DNA of 64,000 nt from Bugula neritina. Lineage: Eukaryota; Animalia; Bryozoa. Both the position numbers and the translations under genes were made by a program. Shown here one piece after another: positions 51,398 through 62,460 of the stretch (its first letter is position 1; each line of letters starts with the position of its first letter). Under the pieces are notes generated by a model that searched no databases, had not been told where the DNA came from, and was given only the letters and a program-made list of their open reading frames with translations. Where the stretch lies: contig OZ037767.1 in assembly GCA_964035545.1 (NCBI GenBank), positions 16,799,781-16,863,780 of the forward strand, given 5' to 3'.

Positions 51398-54300
51398 CTA
51401 TATGGCGGTGTTGACGCACTAAAGCAACATCTCAAGGTAGAAGGTAAAAGTATAGAGTTTGTTTTAGATACAGGAGCAGAGGTGTCTACTATCACTGAAA
51501 GCACTTGTAAAACCTTGGCACTTAATCTCTGCAAGAGTGATAAAGTTTTAACAGGCGCTGACAACTCGCAGCTCTCTGTCATAGGGAAAGCTGAGGTTCT
51601 TTTAGAGAGTAAGCTCAAGAAAACTAGTGCCTGCTTATATGTTCTCAAAGGGTCCAAGTCAAACCTTTTGGGCTTGAGGGAACTGAAAAATTTAAGTTTG
51701 TTGGCAGTCGTCAACGCGGTAAGTAAGGCAGAGTTTGATCCTCTCCAGAGGTACCCCCAGCTATTTAGCGGGTTGGGGACAATGCCCGGTATATTTAAGA
51801 TTAATCTTTACGATGATGCGCAACCTAAGCGTCTATTCTCTCCCCGACCTATCCCTGTAGGTCTGAGAGATCAGGCTAAGGCTGAGATAGACAACATGAT
51901 TAAATTAGGTATCATAGAACCGGTAGAGCAACCAACTGATTGGTGCTCGGGCCTGACCATAGCCCCTAAACCCGGTGGTAAGATAAGGATGTGTATTGAC
52001 CTAACAATGCTTAACAAAAGTGTCAAACGGGAAGTATACCCCTTACCTAGGATCTCTGACATGCTAACACATCTAGCAGAAGGCACTATGTTTTCTAAAT
52101 TAGATGCAAATTCAGGGTTTTGGCAGATAAAGATTCACGAGACCAGTAGACTGTACACCACTTTTGTAACCCCTTGGGGTAGGTTTTGTTTCAATAGGAT
52201 GCCATTTGGCATTTCCTCAGCCCCAGAGTTTTTCCAACGAGCCATGGAAAAAATACTGCTTGGCTTAGAGGGCGTGATATGTATGATGGACGACGTATTA
52301 GTGTTCGGCGCTACACCAGCCGAACATTGGGCTAGATTGGGTAAAGTTTTAGACAGGATAACAACTTCAGGAATGACCCTGAAAAAGGAGAAATGCGAGT
52401 TTGGCTGCTCAGAAGTCAAGTTCATGGGCCATGTAGTCAGTGCGGCTGGCATCAAACCTGATCCAGAGAAGGTTAGAGCCATCCTAGAGTTGAACCCTCC
52501 TCGTAACAAAAAGGAGGGTAGAAGGTTCACGGGTATGGTTAACTACCTAAGTAAGTTTAGCTCTAGACTTGCGGGGTTATGTCTGCCAATCCATGCTGTA
52601 ACAGGTAACAAAAGCGACTGGTACTGGGGTCCAGATCAAGCCAAGGCTTTTGAGGATATAAAAGGGGAACTTTCCAAAGCTCCTATACTATGCAACTTCA
52701 ACGCGAAAAGCAAACACAGAGTCTCTGCAGACTCTAGTAGCTACGCTATAGGCGCAGTGCTTTTGCAGTTGAATGGGAAACACTGGCAACCTGTAGTGTA
52801 TGCCTCTAGGAAGTTATCCGAGGCAGAGACTAGATATGCTATGATAGAAAAAGAGGCCTTGGCAACCACATGGGCTTGCGAGAAGTTTGATTACTATTTG
52901 GTAGGTAGGAAATTTGAAGTGGAGACTGACCACAAGCCATTAGCCCCTATATTAGGCGAGAAGGATCTAACTAGTTTACCAATTAGGGTGCAGAGGTTTA
53001 AGCTACGGCTTATGAGGTACGATTTTGAAATATTTCACACCCCTGGTAGTAAAATGTATTTAGCAGATGCCTTAAGTAGGCCATGCTCAGGGTTTGATGG
53101 TTCCACAGATCACGATAAAGCAGAAACCTTAGCAGTGGAAGAGTATGTTAGGGCTATCGTAGATAGCTCTCTGTACTCCGATTGCCGCCTCGAAGAAATT
53201 CAAAAGGCGGTTGCAGATGATGAGTTTTATCATCTAGTTACAGGGTATCTAGTTAATGGGTGGCCTCCCAGCTACCCAGAAGAAGCACCCAACGAGTTCA
53301 GACGACTATATGGGTGTCGGCATCGACTGACCGTCATAGACGGCTTGCTCTACTATGATGCCAGGGTTTACATCCCTCAAATGCTCAGGGGCAACTATTT
53401 AGAGTTGTGTCACAAAGGTCATCAGGGTATCACTAAGTGTCGTAGGCGAGCACAACGACAGTTTTGGTGGCCAGGGTTGAGCTTTGATATTCAACATCAT
53501 GTGGAAAAGTGTAGCACTTGTATCATCCATGGTCAAGTCAAACACCAACCCCAACATGAAATGGAGCTACCTAGTGGCCCCTGGGAGGTGGTTGGCTCGG
53601 ATATCTTCACTTTAGATGGTGAGCTATACTTGGTTGTAATAGATTATTACACTAGGTGGATAGAGACAGTACACATACATAGGCAGACCGCCCAGGCGGT
53701 CATACAGGCCATGAAGCACATTTACTCAAGGCTAGGTATCCCAAAAGTAGTAAGGTCAGACAATGGCCCCTGCTATAATTGCGATGAGTTCCTAAAGTTC
53801 GCTAAGAACTTTGGATTCAGGCTGGTGACAAGCAGCCCCCGATACCCGGAATCTAATGGTATGGCTGAAGGGGCCGTCAAGACCGTCAAGAGACTTTGGA
53901 AAAAGTCCGCGGATAAGGACTCAGCCCTTATGGCGTACCGAACAACCCCCCTAGCTTCGGGGTATTCTCCTAGTGAGCTTATGTTCGGTCGTTCAGTGAG
54001 GACACCACTGGGCACCCCTAGGAATAATAGAGTAGATTACGATGACTTCGAACATCGTGACCTTGAACTCAAGGAAACGGCTAAGGTCCAACACGACAGG
54101 AAACATAGAGCAAAAGGGCTCCAGGAGTTGGAGCCAGGAGACACAGTTTGGGTTAAAGCACCTACTGATAGCGGGGCTGAAGGGATTATTCTTGGGAAAC
54201 ACAATACCCCAGATAGCTACTGGGTAAAAGTAGGCTTAAGTGAGATCAGGAGGAACAGGAAGCATCTCAGGTTGTTACCAACTAACCTTCCCGAGGCCAA

Positions 54301-54565
54301 GGAGAGCGATACTCCTACAGCATCCAAGGAGTTTGAGTACGACAGGTCAGATCCCCAACTGGGTGGCCCAGCCGACTCAGTTGAAACCTCCCTAGAGGAA
54401 GTGTCACATACGCTCGATGATGGCACCTCTTTTTCTGAGGAGGTCGGAGCTAGAACTGCAGATCCAGAGGAAGTGGTGGAAACTGACGAAGAGCAGGCTG
54501 CTGTCGTCACCAGGAGCGGAAGGCAGATTAGGAATAAAAGGTTTGATGATTATGTGTATTATTGA
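51398..54565 (+). CDS. pol: pol polyprotein (protease, RT, RNase H, integrase), in frame with gag after UGA
   Basis: LDTGA protease motif upstream of the listed ORF start; RMCIDL, KLDANSGFWQ, MPFG, MMDDVL; DSS..IGAVL, EKEALA, TDHKPL, ADALSR; H-H-C-C zinc finger; DIF, SDNGP, SNGMAE integrase. Confidence 0.96.
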   Translation, partial: LYGGVDALKQHLKVEGKSIEFVLDTGAEVSTITESTCKTLALNLCKSDKVLTGADNSQLSVIGKAEVLLESKLKKTSACLYVLKGSKSNLLGLRELKNLSLLAVVNAVSKAEFDPLQRYPQLFSGLGTMPGIFKINLYDDAQPKRLFSPRPIPVGLRDQAKAEIDNMIKLGIIEPVEQPTDWCSGLTIAPKPGGKIRMCIDLTMLNKSVKREVYPLPRISDMLTHLAEGTMFSKLDANSGFWQIKIHETSRLYTTFVTPWGRFCFNRMPFGISSAPEFFQRAMEKILLGLEGVICMMDDVLVFGATPAEHWARLGKVLDRITTSGMTLKKEKCEFGCSEVKFMGHVVSAAGIKPDPEKVRAILELNPPRNKKEGRRFTGMVNYLSKFSSRLAGLCLPIHAVTGNKSDWYWGPDQAKAFEDIKGELSKAPILCNFNAKSKHRVSADSSSYAIGAVLLQLNGKHWQPVVYASRKLSEAETRYAMIEKEALATTWACEKFDYYLVGRKFEVETDHKPLAPILGEKDLTSLPIRVQRFKLRLMRYDFEIFHTPGSKMYLADALSRPCSGFDGSTDHDKAETLAVEEYVRAIVDSSLYSDCRLEEIQKAVADDEFYHLVTGYLVNGWPPSYPEEAPNEFRRLYGCRHRLTVIDGLLYYDARVYIPQMLRGNYLELCHKGHQGITKCRRRAQRQFWWPGLSFDIQHHVEKCSTCIIHGQVKHQPQHEMELPSGPWEVVGSDIFTLDGELYLVVIDYYTRWIETVHIHRQTAQAVIQAMKHIYSRLGIPKVVRSDNGPCYNCDEFLKFAKNFGFRLVTSSPRYPESNGMAEGAVKTVKRLWKKSADKDSALMAYRTTPLASGYSPSELMFGRSVRTPLGTPRNNRVDYDDFEHRDLELKETAKVQHDRKHRAKGLQELEPGDTVWVKAPTDSGAEGIILGKHNTPDSYWVKVGLSEIRRNRKHLRLLPTNLPEAKESDTPTASKEFEYDRSDPQLGGPADSVETSLEEVSHTLDDGTSFSEEVGARTADPEEVVETDEEQAAVVTRSGRQIRNKRFDDYVYY

Positions 54566-54590
54566 TTGTTTTTCACTATGTTTTAGAAAC

Positions 54591-55268
54591 ATGAGCGAAG
54601 AACGAGGTAACGATGATCAGGAGTGGAAGGTGAAAAAGAAGAAAGGGAAGAGGGAGAAGCCTGTGGCAAGAGGGGAGTCTACCGACTCAGAGGAAGGTAC
54701 AGGAACCACCAAGTCATACTTGGTGAAGAAAGATGGGAAAGAGACTACTGTCACTGCAGTAATCATCACAAGGGACGATCAGCCTAGAAGGGTGCTGTAT
54801 GGCAACAGAGGCAAACTGAGCTGCATGCTCTGCAGAGCCAAGAGGGACCACATAGCGGCCCAATGTCCGGGACACTTCTGCCACAAGTGCCGCGAACATG
54901 GTCACTGGGCTAGGGACTGCCCCCGTAACACCCAGTGCAGGTGGTGCCACAGCACCGAACACCAGGTGGAGGAATGCCCTCTAGGTGGTAGGACATTCAC
55001 AACCACCTCAGTCAAGAGGTCGGCGGAGGAGATCAGGACGACAACCACACCCACGGGTCCCGAACCCGCTAAGGTGGCAAGGTTGCAGAGCACTACACGA
55101 AGCTATGCTTCTGCAGTCAGTAACCTGACGACCAAAGGTAAGCCAGTCACCAGTACACATGCTAGCATTGGCTCTTTTATAGAGTTTCAGCAACTTCAAG
55201 GAGGAGGACCTCAAACTCCAGATAGAGATTGTGAAAAAGGAGCGAGAAATGGAGATGAGGCGCCATGA
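54591..55268 (+). CDS. Extra retrotransposon ORF3a: basic, three zinc knuckles
   Basis: ATG 54591 just after an acceptor-like ttttag; CMLCRAKRDHIAAQC, CHKCREHGHWARDC, CRWCHSTEHQVEEC; lies between pol and the 3' LTR. Confidence 0.75.
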   Translation: MSEERGNDDQEWKVKKKKGKREKPVARGESTDSEEGTGTTKSYLVKKDGKETTVTAVIITRDDQPRRVLYGNRGKLSCMLCRAKRDHIAAQCPGHFCHKCREHGHWARDCPRNTQCRWCHSTEHQVEECPLGGRTFTTTSVKRSAEEIRTTTTPTGPEPAKVARLQSTTRSYASAVSNLTTKGKPVTSTHASIGSFIEFQQLQGGGPQTPDRDCEKGARNGDEAP

Positions 55269-55821
55269 GGCTAAGATGGCTGAGTTGGCAAAGAGGGAAA
55301 AAGAGGCATTACGCACCTTGCGAAACCATTCCAAGCTGCAGTCAATCCTGGCCCAGCTTAAGGATGTGCAGGAGGATATGGAGACCGATGGTGAGGAGGA
55401 GGAGGTACCAACAGAGGTACCTAGTGCGATTGCGGAGAAATTACCGGTGGGCGACCTAGGTCAAACACCTGGTAAAGCGGCCATGCGGGAAGTCCACCTC
55501 GGTGGCAAGCCGTTAGCCCACCCTGGTGGTGCTAACAACGATCACCTTAGTGATCAGGTTCACGACCACTCTAGTGGTCAGGTTAAAGTCCACTCTGGTG
55601 GCATTTTGGGGACCCACTCACGTGGAGAACCAACTGAGGGACAGGGCGATACGGTCGATGGCGCTAGTCTGAAACCGGGTAGCCCAGAGGTTGGTGTTCA
55701 TTCACCAACTGGTAACGTCGTGTCGACGGAGGAGAAAGAGCCAGATGTTGATGGCCAGGAGACCATCGATTATGGTAGTGGAGGAAAGACCAAGGACTGG
55801 TCTGACCCTGGCAATCAGTAA
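55183..55821 (+). CDS. ORF3b: coiled-coil plus acidic tail, probably the +1-frame continuation of ORF3a
   Basis: Frame opens after TAG 55180-82: SFSNFKEEDLKLQIEIVKKEREMEMRRHEAKMAELAKREKEALR... Confidence 0.6.
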   Translation, partial: SFSNFKEEDLKLQIEIVKKEREMEMRRHEAKMAELAKREKEALRTLRNHSKLQSILAQLKDVQEDMETDGEEEEVPTEVPSAIAEKLPVGDLGQTPGKAAMREVHLGGKPLAHPGGANNDHLSDQVHDHSSGQVKVHSGGILGTHSRGEPTEGQGDTVDGASLKPGSPEVGVHSPTGNVVSTEEKEPDVDGQETIDYGSGGKTKDWSDPGNQ

Positions 55822-56110
55822 CGCTTAGTTAATACCAACAAGGTAAGTCTATATCTAACCCTAAAACCTCACTTCCCTGTTGGTATGAAACCTAACAAGC
55901 TCGCTTGCTGAACTAACGGATAAGGTTAATATCATTCCATGGTGTGGCTTAAAGCTTAATTGTGAACTTTGAGGTAGAAGTTTGGGTAAAGGTAGGTATC
56001 TCATGAGTTTCTTTTTATGACCTTGAGTAACCTTCCTAACAAAGGAAATGCTACTACTTCAGTCTACCCTTATTAATATCCTCCATGATGTTCTTAATTG
56101 TATTTTCCCC

Positions 56111-56120
56111 AAAAGGGGGG
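56111..56120 (+). other. Polypurine tract
   Basis: aaaagggggg ending 2 nt before the 3' LTR. Confidence 0.9.
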
Positions 56121-56122
56121 CA

Positions 56123-56325
56123 TGGAAGATAATGTAGCTGATAGTATTAGCAGGTTAGCAGACGCTAACTAGACGTCATTGGAAACCGGACTGACTCGCC
56201 TTACCAGCGATCGGATTAACGACCAGCCTACCAGCTGGCTTGGAAACTAGACTACGGAAACAAGTAAACCACGAGGAACCGGCACTCTAAAACTGACTGT
56301 CAAGTAAGTCGGACGTTATATTTCA
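56123..56325 (+). repeat. 3' LTR
   Basis: tggaagataatg...gttatatttca followed by TSD gtagc. Confidence 0.97.
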
Positions 56326-57019
56326 GTAGCTATTTTGTATTCTATTACATAATTCTATATTCAAGTTTTGTTTTTTTTATAATTCACAGTGTTGTAGCTT
56401 CAAAAGAATAATGATATAATATATTGTATTTATGTTTTTGTATTACGGTCAGTTGATCATTTATTATATAGTTAATATTGTTTAATAGGTTTCAAGGTTG
56501 TTAAACCACCAGTTTCTGATTAAAAATAAAGATGAAATACAACCCGTGAGCCTTTCTGGCCTAGTGGTTTATTCAACTGGCAACCTTGAAGTATAAACTT
56601 CATATTATCTGTACCTCTACAATGCTGAAGGCTGTTAAATCCCAAATCTTACTCTGAAACATGCAGATGTTGAATCTTTTCAGATATGGGAAATTACCAT
56701 ATGAGCATGCAGTGCTTGTAAAAGAAAATGCCTGGTAGCTCTAGCCCAAATGCACTTATCAATTTAGCTATGTGATGCAGACACATGACTGCAAGTTTGG
56801 CTCAATAAAAGACGTCAGGAGCTATCCACTATAAAAATATTAACATCCTTTTTGAGTTTTGCTGTGGTGTTCCAGCATAAGCTGCTCAGTTTTGTCCATG
56901 CTTTAATATAACTAAAAAATTTCTTTACAGAAAAATCAGTGGCCACTATAAGCTTATACCAGTTTTAAGAAAAATCAGTTTCTCATGGAAACTCAAAAAA
57001 AATACTTGGACCAGTATCA

Positions 57020-60000
57020 AATATATAACCGTACCAAGAGTTTACTGAACAACCACCAACCATATTTGGGCAAAATGGATATTTTTCTCTAGTGATGAGG
57101 ATACACCTCCAAGTGAGACAAGGTATAAATTGTTCTCTCTCTAAACCTGTGAAGTGCCATGTTCAACATAATAAAAATCTCCATTCATTCAAGATGGATG
57201 AGATGCCATACATTAAATAAGATGCAGCTCAAGCCAGCGAGTATTGGTTATAAAGTTTCACATAGTATGAGTGCTCCTATATTTAATAAAGGTTCAGGGA
57301 AGTGATTTTAATTTATACTTTAACAAATAAAATTGCCATTCAATTGTGTATGATGTCACCATGTGACCAAAATGTTGGTAAGACACCACAGGTGGATGTA
57401 AAGTTACAGATCAACTCCTATATAAGGTACTGTACTGCTTCAGGTCCTACCAGCACTTGAAGTGTTGCCAGTCGTTTAGCGTAAAGGAACTATAAGTGCC
57501 ACTAATTTCATGGAGTCATTCACTTGTGAACAAAAGTAAAGAAGTGACACTGCATCGCATATGCACAAATTTATGAAATATATACAAGTATATGCTGAAA
57601 ATCAGGTATGTCTCTCTCATTCAACATCTCTATTTTTATGCTGCGCTACCTCTTTTGCTCTCAAAGGAAAAACTAGCTCAAATATGGACACTTTTGAAAG
57701 TAGGGCTTTAAAAATTTGAAGATATCAACAAAAATGAAAAAACCACTCACAAAATCATCTCTCAAGCAGACTTTATAAAAAAATTGTAATAGAGCTATAT
57801 CGCTTGCTAGAAAAAAATATTAAAATAAAGCAAAATGATAAGTGCTAAGATAATGAGAAATGAAGAGACGCTTTTGTCAAAAAACATCTAAAATTTAATT
57901 GATGCCTACTACCTACAAGTAGACTTGGTTTTAAAAGCAATTACGAAGCTGTGTTGCTTTTATGCTCGTGAACCTTAGTTTCAATTTTTAACGTGCAAGA
58001 GTCGAGAAAAAAAGAATGCTATTATCATGCTGATTTATTTCATCTTTCTTTAAAACTAGAAAGAGTTTCACTAAAACTGTCACCGAATTACAAGTTACAG
58101 AAGTTTATGGAAAAAAGAATGTAAAAGAAAAACCAATTACCCTGAAAAATTTTTTAGACCGGTTTAACATCTGGTTACCAACCCCAGCTCTATTCTAACT
58201 TCTAGCTCAACCATGTCAGACTTAAAGTTTGCCACTCATGCAGCTATGAGCTCTGCCTCTCTACAATTCAGCAATCAGTCTGGCTCAGAGAATGCTAACA
58301 GCCTTGAGCTCAGCTTCAGTGTAAACTGGCAGTTTTGCTGTGACCTTGGCTTAAATGTGGTTTTTACTGCTACGAATATAACTATACCAGCAGTTTACCG
58401 AACACCTCCTAGTCATGGTTGGACGGTTGGAGAGTTTCCTCTTTAGTGATGAGGATACACCTCCAAGTGAGACAAGGTAAAAGTTTTTTCTTTTTGAACC
58501 TGTCTTGTGCCATATATAAATAATGAAAAAAAAAACAATTTATTTAGGATGGATGAAATGCCATGCATTGAACAATAGGCAACTAAATCCAGCTATAGAA
58601 ACAGTTATAAAGTTTCACATAGCATGAGCACTTCCACATTAGGTTTAAGGAAATGGTTATAAACTATACTTAAAAAAATAAACTTGCCATTCAACCGCGT
58701 ATCATGTCATCATGTGACCAAAATACTCGTAAGACACACGTTAACGTCAAGTTCTGAGCTAACTCCCATATAAGATAGTGTATTTTGGAGCACCCATAGC
58801 AAATATAACACTGCTGAATGCTAAATATTGCAACTTTCTTTCTCTCTTCACTTCAGCTCAGCTCAAAGCGCCTGCTCTGTAGTTACCAGGCCTGGGAGTG
58901 TGCATCACTCTTTAGAAAACAGGAGCCGAGTTTGACATAACTCACAGTACCCTTCTTTTGTGAGCAGAAAAAGGAACATTACACAGTATTATAAATATTC
59001 ATTGCTAATGACAAAGGCATAAAGTGTATGCTAAGGATCCTCTTAGTTCTGCATTCATTTCTGTTTTTACGTTGTAGTTGTATCCCGTATACAGGCCATA
59101 TCTTCTATCATGTATTTAGGTCACATGTTAATTTAGGTCACATCTGCTCACCAATGTGGACGTCGAGGCAGGTGTTAAGGTTTCTTGTCAGACGTGCACT
59201 GATGAGGCAACTTAGTGAATCCAACTTCTTGTCTCTGAAAAATCAACTCCTTGAAGAGGTAAGAAAATTGCGGTGATAGTGTACTGAGCTGCCTGTTGAT
59301 ATACTGAGATGGTATACTGTTCTTACAGTGAGACCTCGATCTTACTTAGAGTGAAACCTAGCTCTGAGTGTACTTTAGTCATCCTACAGAGAAAAAATTG
59401 CGCAGACCTAAGAGGACTCCATTCACCATTAGCCATGTACGCCAGGCTGCGCGAGAAATGGCAGTAAAAGTTGTAGTGGCAAGTAGTTTTAGAGTTATAT
59501 AACACAATGCAGGGGTCATTCATCTTGTATTTTGTATATAGGTTATATCTTGCATTCTGTATATAGGTCACATGTTGTATATAGGTCACATCTGCTTGCC
59601 AATGTGGACGTCGAAGCAGGTGTTGAGGTTTATGTGCACATAATGACTACGATGTAATAAACCTATGGCTTCACATTTGATCTCAATTTGTCTGTAAGAA
59701 AATTCAGATTGCATGTGCCATCTTACTACTAGTATCATATCGATATTTTCTAATTCTTTGCTTCTCCACAGTCAGGTTGGTTTTTACTTGCATATACTAG
59801 TGCTCTGAAGTCACAGTTTAAATTAAATAATTTTAAAAGATGCGACGTCTAACCAATTAAATAAAGGTTTTTGTGATAAACAGATATGTGTAATTATATC
59901 AACAGTTTACCCAACATCTACCAGCCATGCTTGGGCGACTGTGGAATTTTCTCACTGGTGATAAAGATGCACTTCTGAGTCAGACCAGTTGATAATTGTT

Positions 60001-62460
60001 TCTTTCTAAACCATTGCTATACCATGCATAAATTGTTAAAAACCTCTTACTCACATACGATGGATGGATCAAATTGCCACTCAACTGCACAATTATGATA
60101 CTGTCATGCACAAAAGTAGGTCACCACGTATTAATGTAAAGTTGCAAATCACCCCCATATAAGGTACTGTATTTAGGCGTATCCAAAGGAAATATATGCA
60201 ACACTGCTGCAGGCTGCATATTGTAACATCCATTCTGTTTTTATTTCAGCTCTGCTCAAAGCACCTGCTTAAGTGCAACCAGCCCTGGGGGTGTGCATAA
60301 ACTTGTTAGTGTAAAAAACACTGCCAGCCACTCCAATCTTGCAAAGCCCTTTTCTTAAAAGCAAGGGTAAAAATTTAAACTGTACTATAAGTATTGATTG
60401 CTAATACCAAAGGTATAAAGTGCATGCTGAAAATGATATCCGTTCTACTCCTATCTCGGTTTTTGAAGAGCGAAACCCCAATCTTCTTCAAAGTGGGACC
60501 TGGCTCAGAGTTTAATCTGGTCGTTCCATAGAGCCAGAAATCTCGTGGACCCAAGATTAATGCTAAAAATTGTTTCCGTTTTCACACGGTGAAACCACAA
60601 TCTTCCTCAAAGTGAGAGCTAGATCACAGTTTACTCTGATCATTTTACAGATGAAAAAATCATGTAGACCCAGGACGCCCCTCACAATCAGTCCTGCTAG
60701 CCGGGCTACTCGAGAAAAGTCAGTAACAGAAGTGGTGGCGGCAAGTAGTTTCATAGTCTTAAAATTTACATAACACAATACAGGAATCATTTATATCATG
60801 TTGTATCCTGCATATAAGTCACATCTAGTTACCACTGTGGATTCTGAGACAGGAGTTGAGAGGCCAAGTTAGAATTGTGCTGAGCAGCTCCCTAATGCAT
60901 TGAACTGCGCGCCTTTATCTAGGAAACAAGGTTTTAGAAATGGTGGGAAATTGTAGTAAATTCAGGTTAACAGGTCAGGACGTTGATCAGTGTACTGTAG
61001 GTAACTATTAAAGTAGCGTTTTACATCATTATTACATCGTAATATATCATGTGATACATTTAGTGTTGCTATCTTTATTACAATAAAGTATTGTCATATG
61101 AGTTATAATATTTAGTTGTAGGGCCTGCACGTATAAATGCAAAACAGAGATAACCCATGTGGCTATAACTTTCAACAAAAACCTAGACACCTTATAAACA
61201 TTCAAAGAGTTGCATTTGAAAATCAATATAGGCAATTTACTATGCCCACCTGTAAACATCTGTACACACACCTTTATTGGCAAATAGCTCACACCTGCAC
61301 ACCAATGTGAACATTGAGACAGGAGTTGTGAGATTCTGTAGGACATTTGCCGATCAGTCTGCTCAGTGCATTCAACCAATTGTTTCTGAGAAAAACAACT
61401 GCCAGAATTGGTAGAAGATTGTAACGGATTCAAGCTGGTTAAATGTTATATAAAACAATACAACACGTTTATATCCTAATGCAGCCGAAGTCCAGTCCCC
61501 CAGCAGTCAAGGAAAATTGTTGCAGGGAACAAATGTTCATTTTGACAATACCCTAAGCAGCCGCAATCCGAGCAGCAAAGACGTTGCTGTACAACATGAG
61601 ACAGTGCATGGGGTCCTGCGGTGGTGAGTTCAGCAGCCTGTCCCATGCAGTCATCTGTGCCCATGGAAATGCCTTTGCTCTGCCAATGTCATACTGTTTG
61701 GAGCAGCAAACAGGTGTGTAAGGAACTATCATACTAACATTTCACATAATAATTACATCATATTATGAGATATATTGCATGGTACGCGATCTTAATTACA
61801 ACACATTATTGCCATTATTTATACTATTATAATGAATATTTACTATTAGTATTATGCATTTTTAGTTGTTTCACAAATCCTATTGTTTCCATCAGTTTTC
61901 AAGGATTTATGTGATTGCCATCCACAGTATACAATTAGAAAATGTGACTGGAAAAGTCACTTAGCTGGACACAAAAGAGGCTTTCGGAGAAAAAAAGAAA
62001 ATGTGAAAAAGACTACTCTGAAAAATGCTATAGTCAACACTGTGATGTTCTCTATAAAGCATTATTATGCTATCACTAGAATAGGAGATTAGCCAACACA
62101 GTGAGTGAAGAGCACGGCAACAAGTGCTGCTTCAGATGTTACTAGCAGTTGAAGTGTCACCATTCTTTAGGAATAAAAGAACCACAAGTCACTAATTTTT
62201 AGGAGTCATTCTATCCTGAGCAGAGGTAACAAAGTTACACTTTATCATATGCACTGTTTTCTACTACCAGTGATATAAAATATATACAGGGTATATGCTG
62301 AAAATCAATTATCCTGCTCTCAATCCATATCTGCATATGTATGCTGTGAAACCTGATTGTTTCTTAAAGTAAAAACTAGCTCAAATAATGACTGATGTGA
62401 AAACTGGGCTTGAAAAACAGACGAGTGTGTCAAACACAACCAAAAACCTAAATGAAAGCT
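57020..62460. repeat. Mosaic of old, diverged direct duplications
   Basis: 57020-57435 ~ 58375-58782; 58680-59050 ~ 60070-60450; 59320-59630 ~ 60580-60860; 57437-57715 ~ 62128-62417. Confidence 0.8.

Larger units (their letters stand above)
46289..56325 (+). mobile_element. Full-length Ty3/Gypsy (Mag-like) LTR retrotransposon with nested LINE
   Basis: Two 203-bp TG...CA LTRs differing at 2 positions, 5-bp TSD GTAGC (46284-88, 56326-30), PBS, PPT, gag and PR-RT-RH-IN order. Confidence 0.97.

Noticed and set aside
54417-55821. env gene
   Set aside because: No signal peptide, furin site or transmembrane segment; zinc knuckles instead.
59196-59245. Hammerhead ribozyme or C/D snoRNA (CTGATGA...CTGAAA)
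   Set aside because: The stem II closure does not abut GAAA, stems I and III were not found, it is too short for a C/D RNA, and the motif is lost in the 63497 duplicate (ctgatca).
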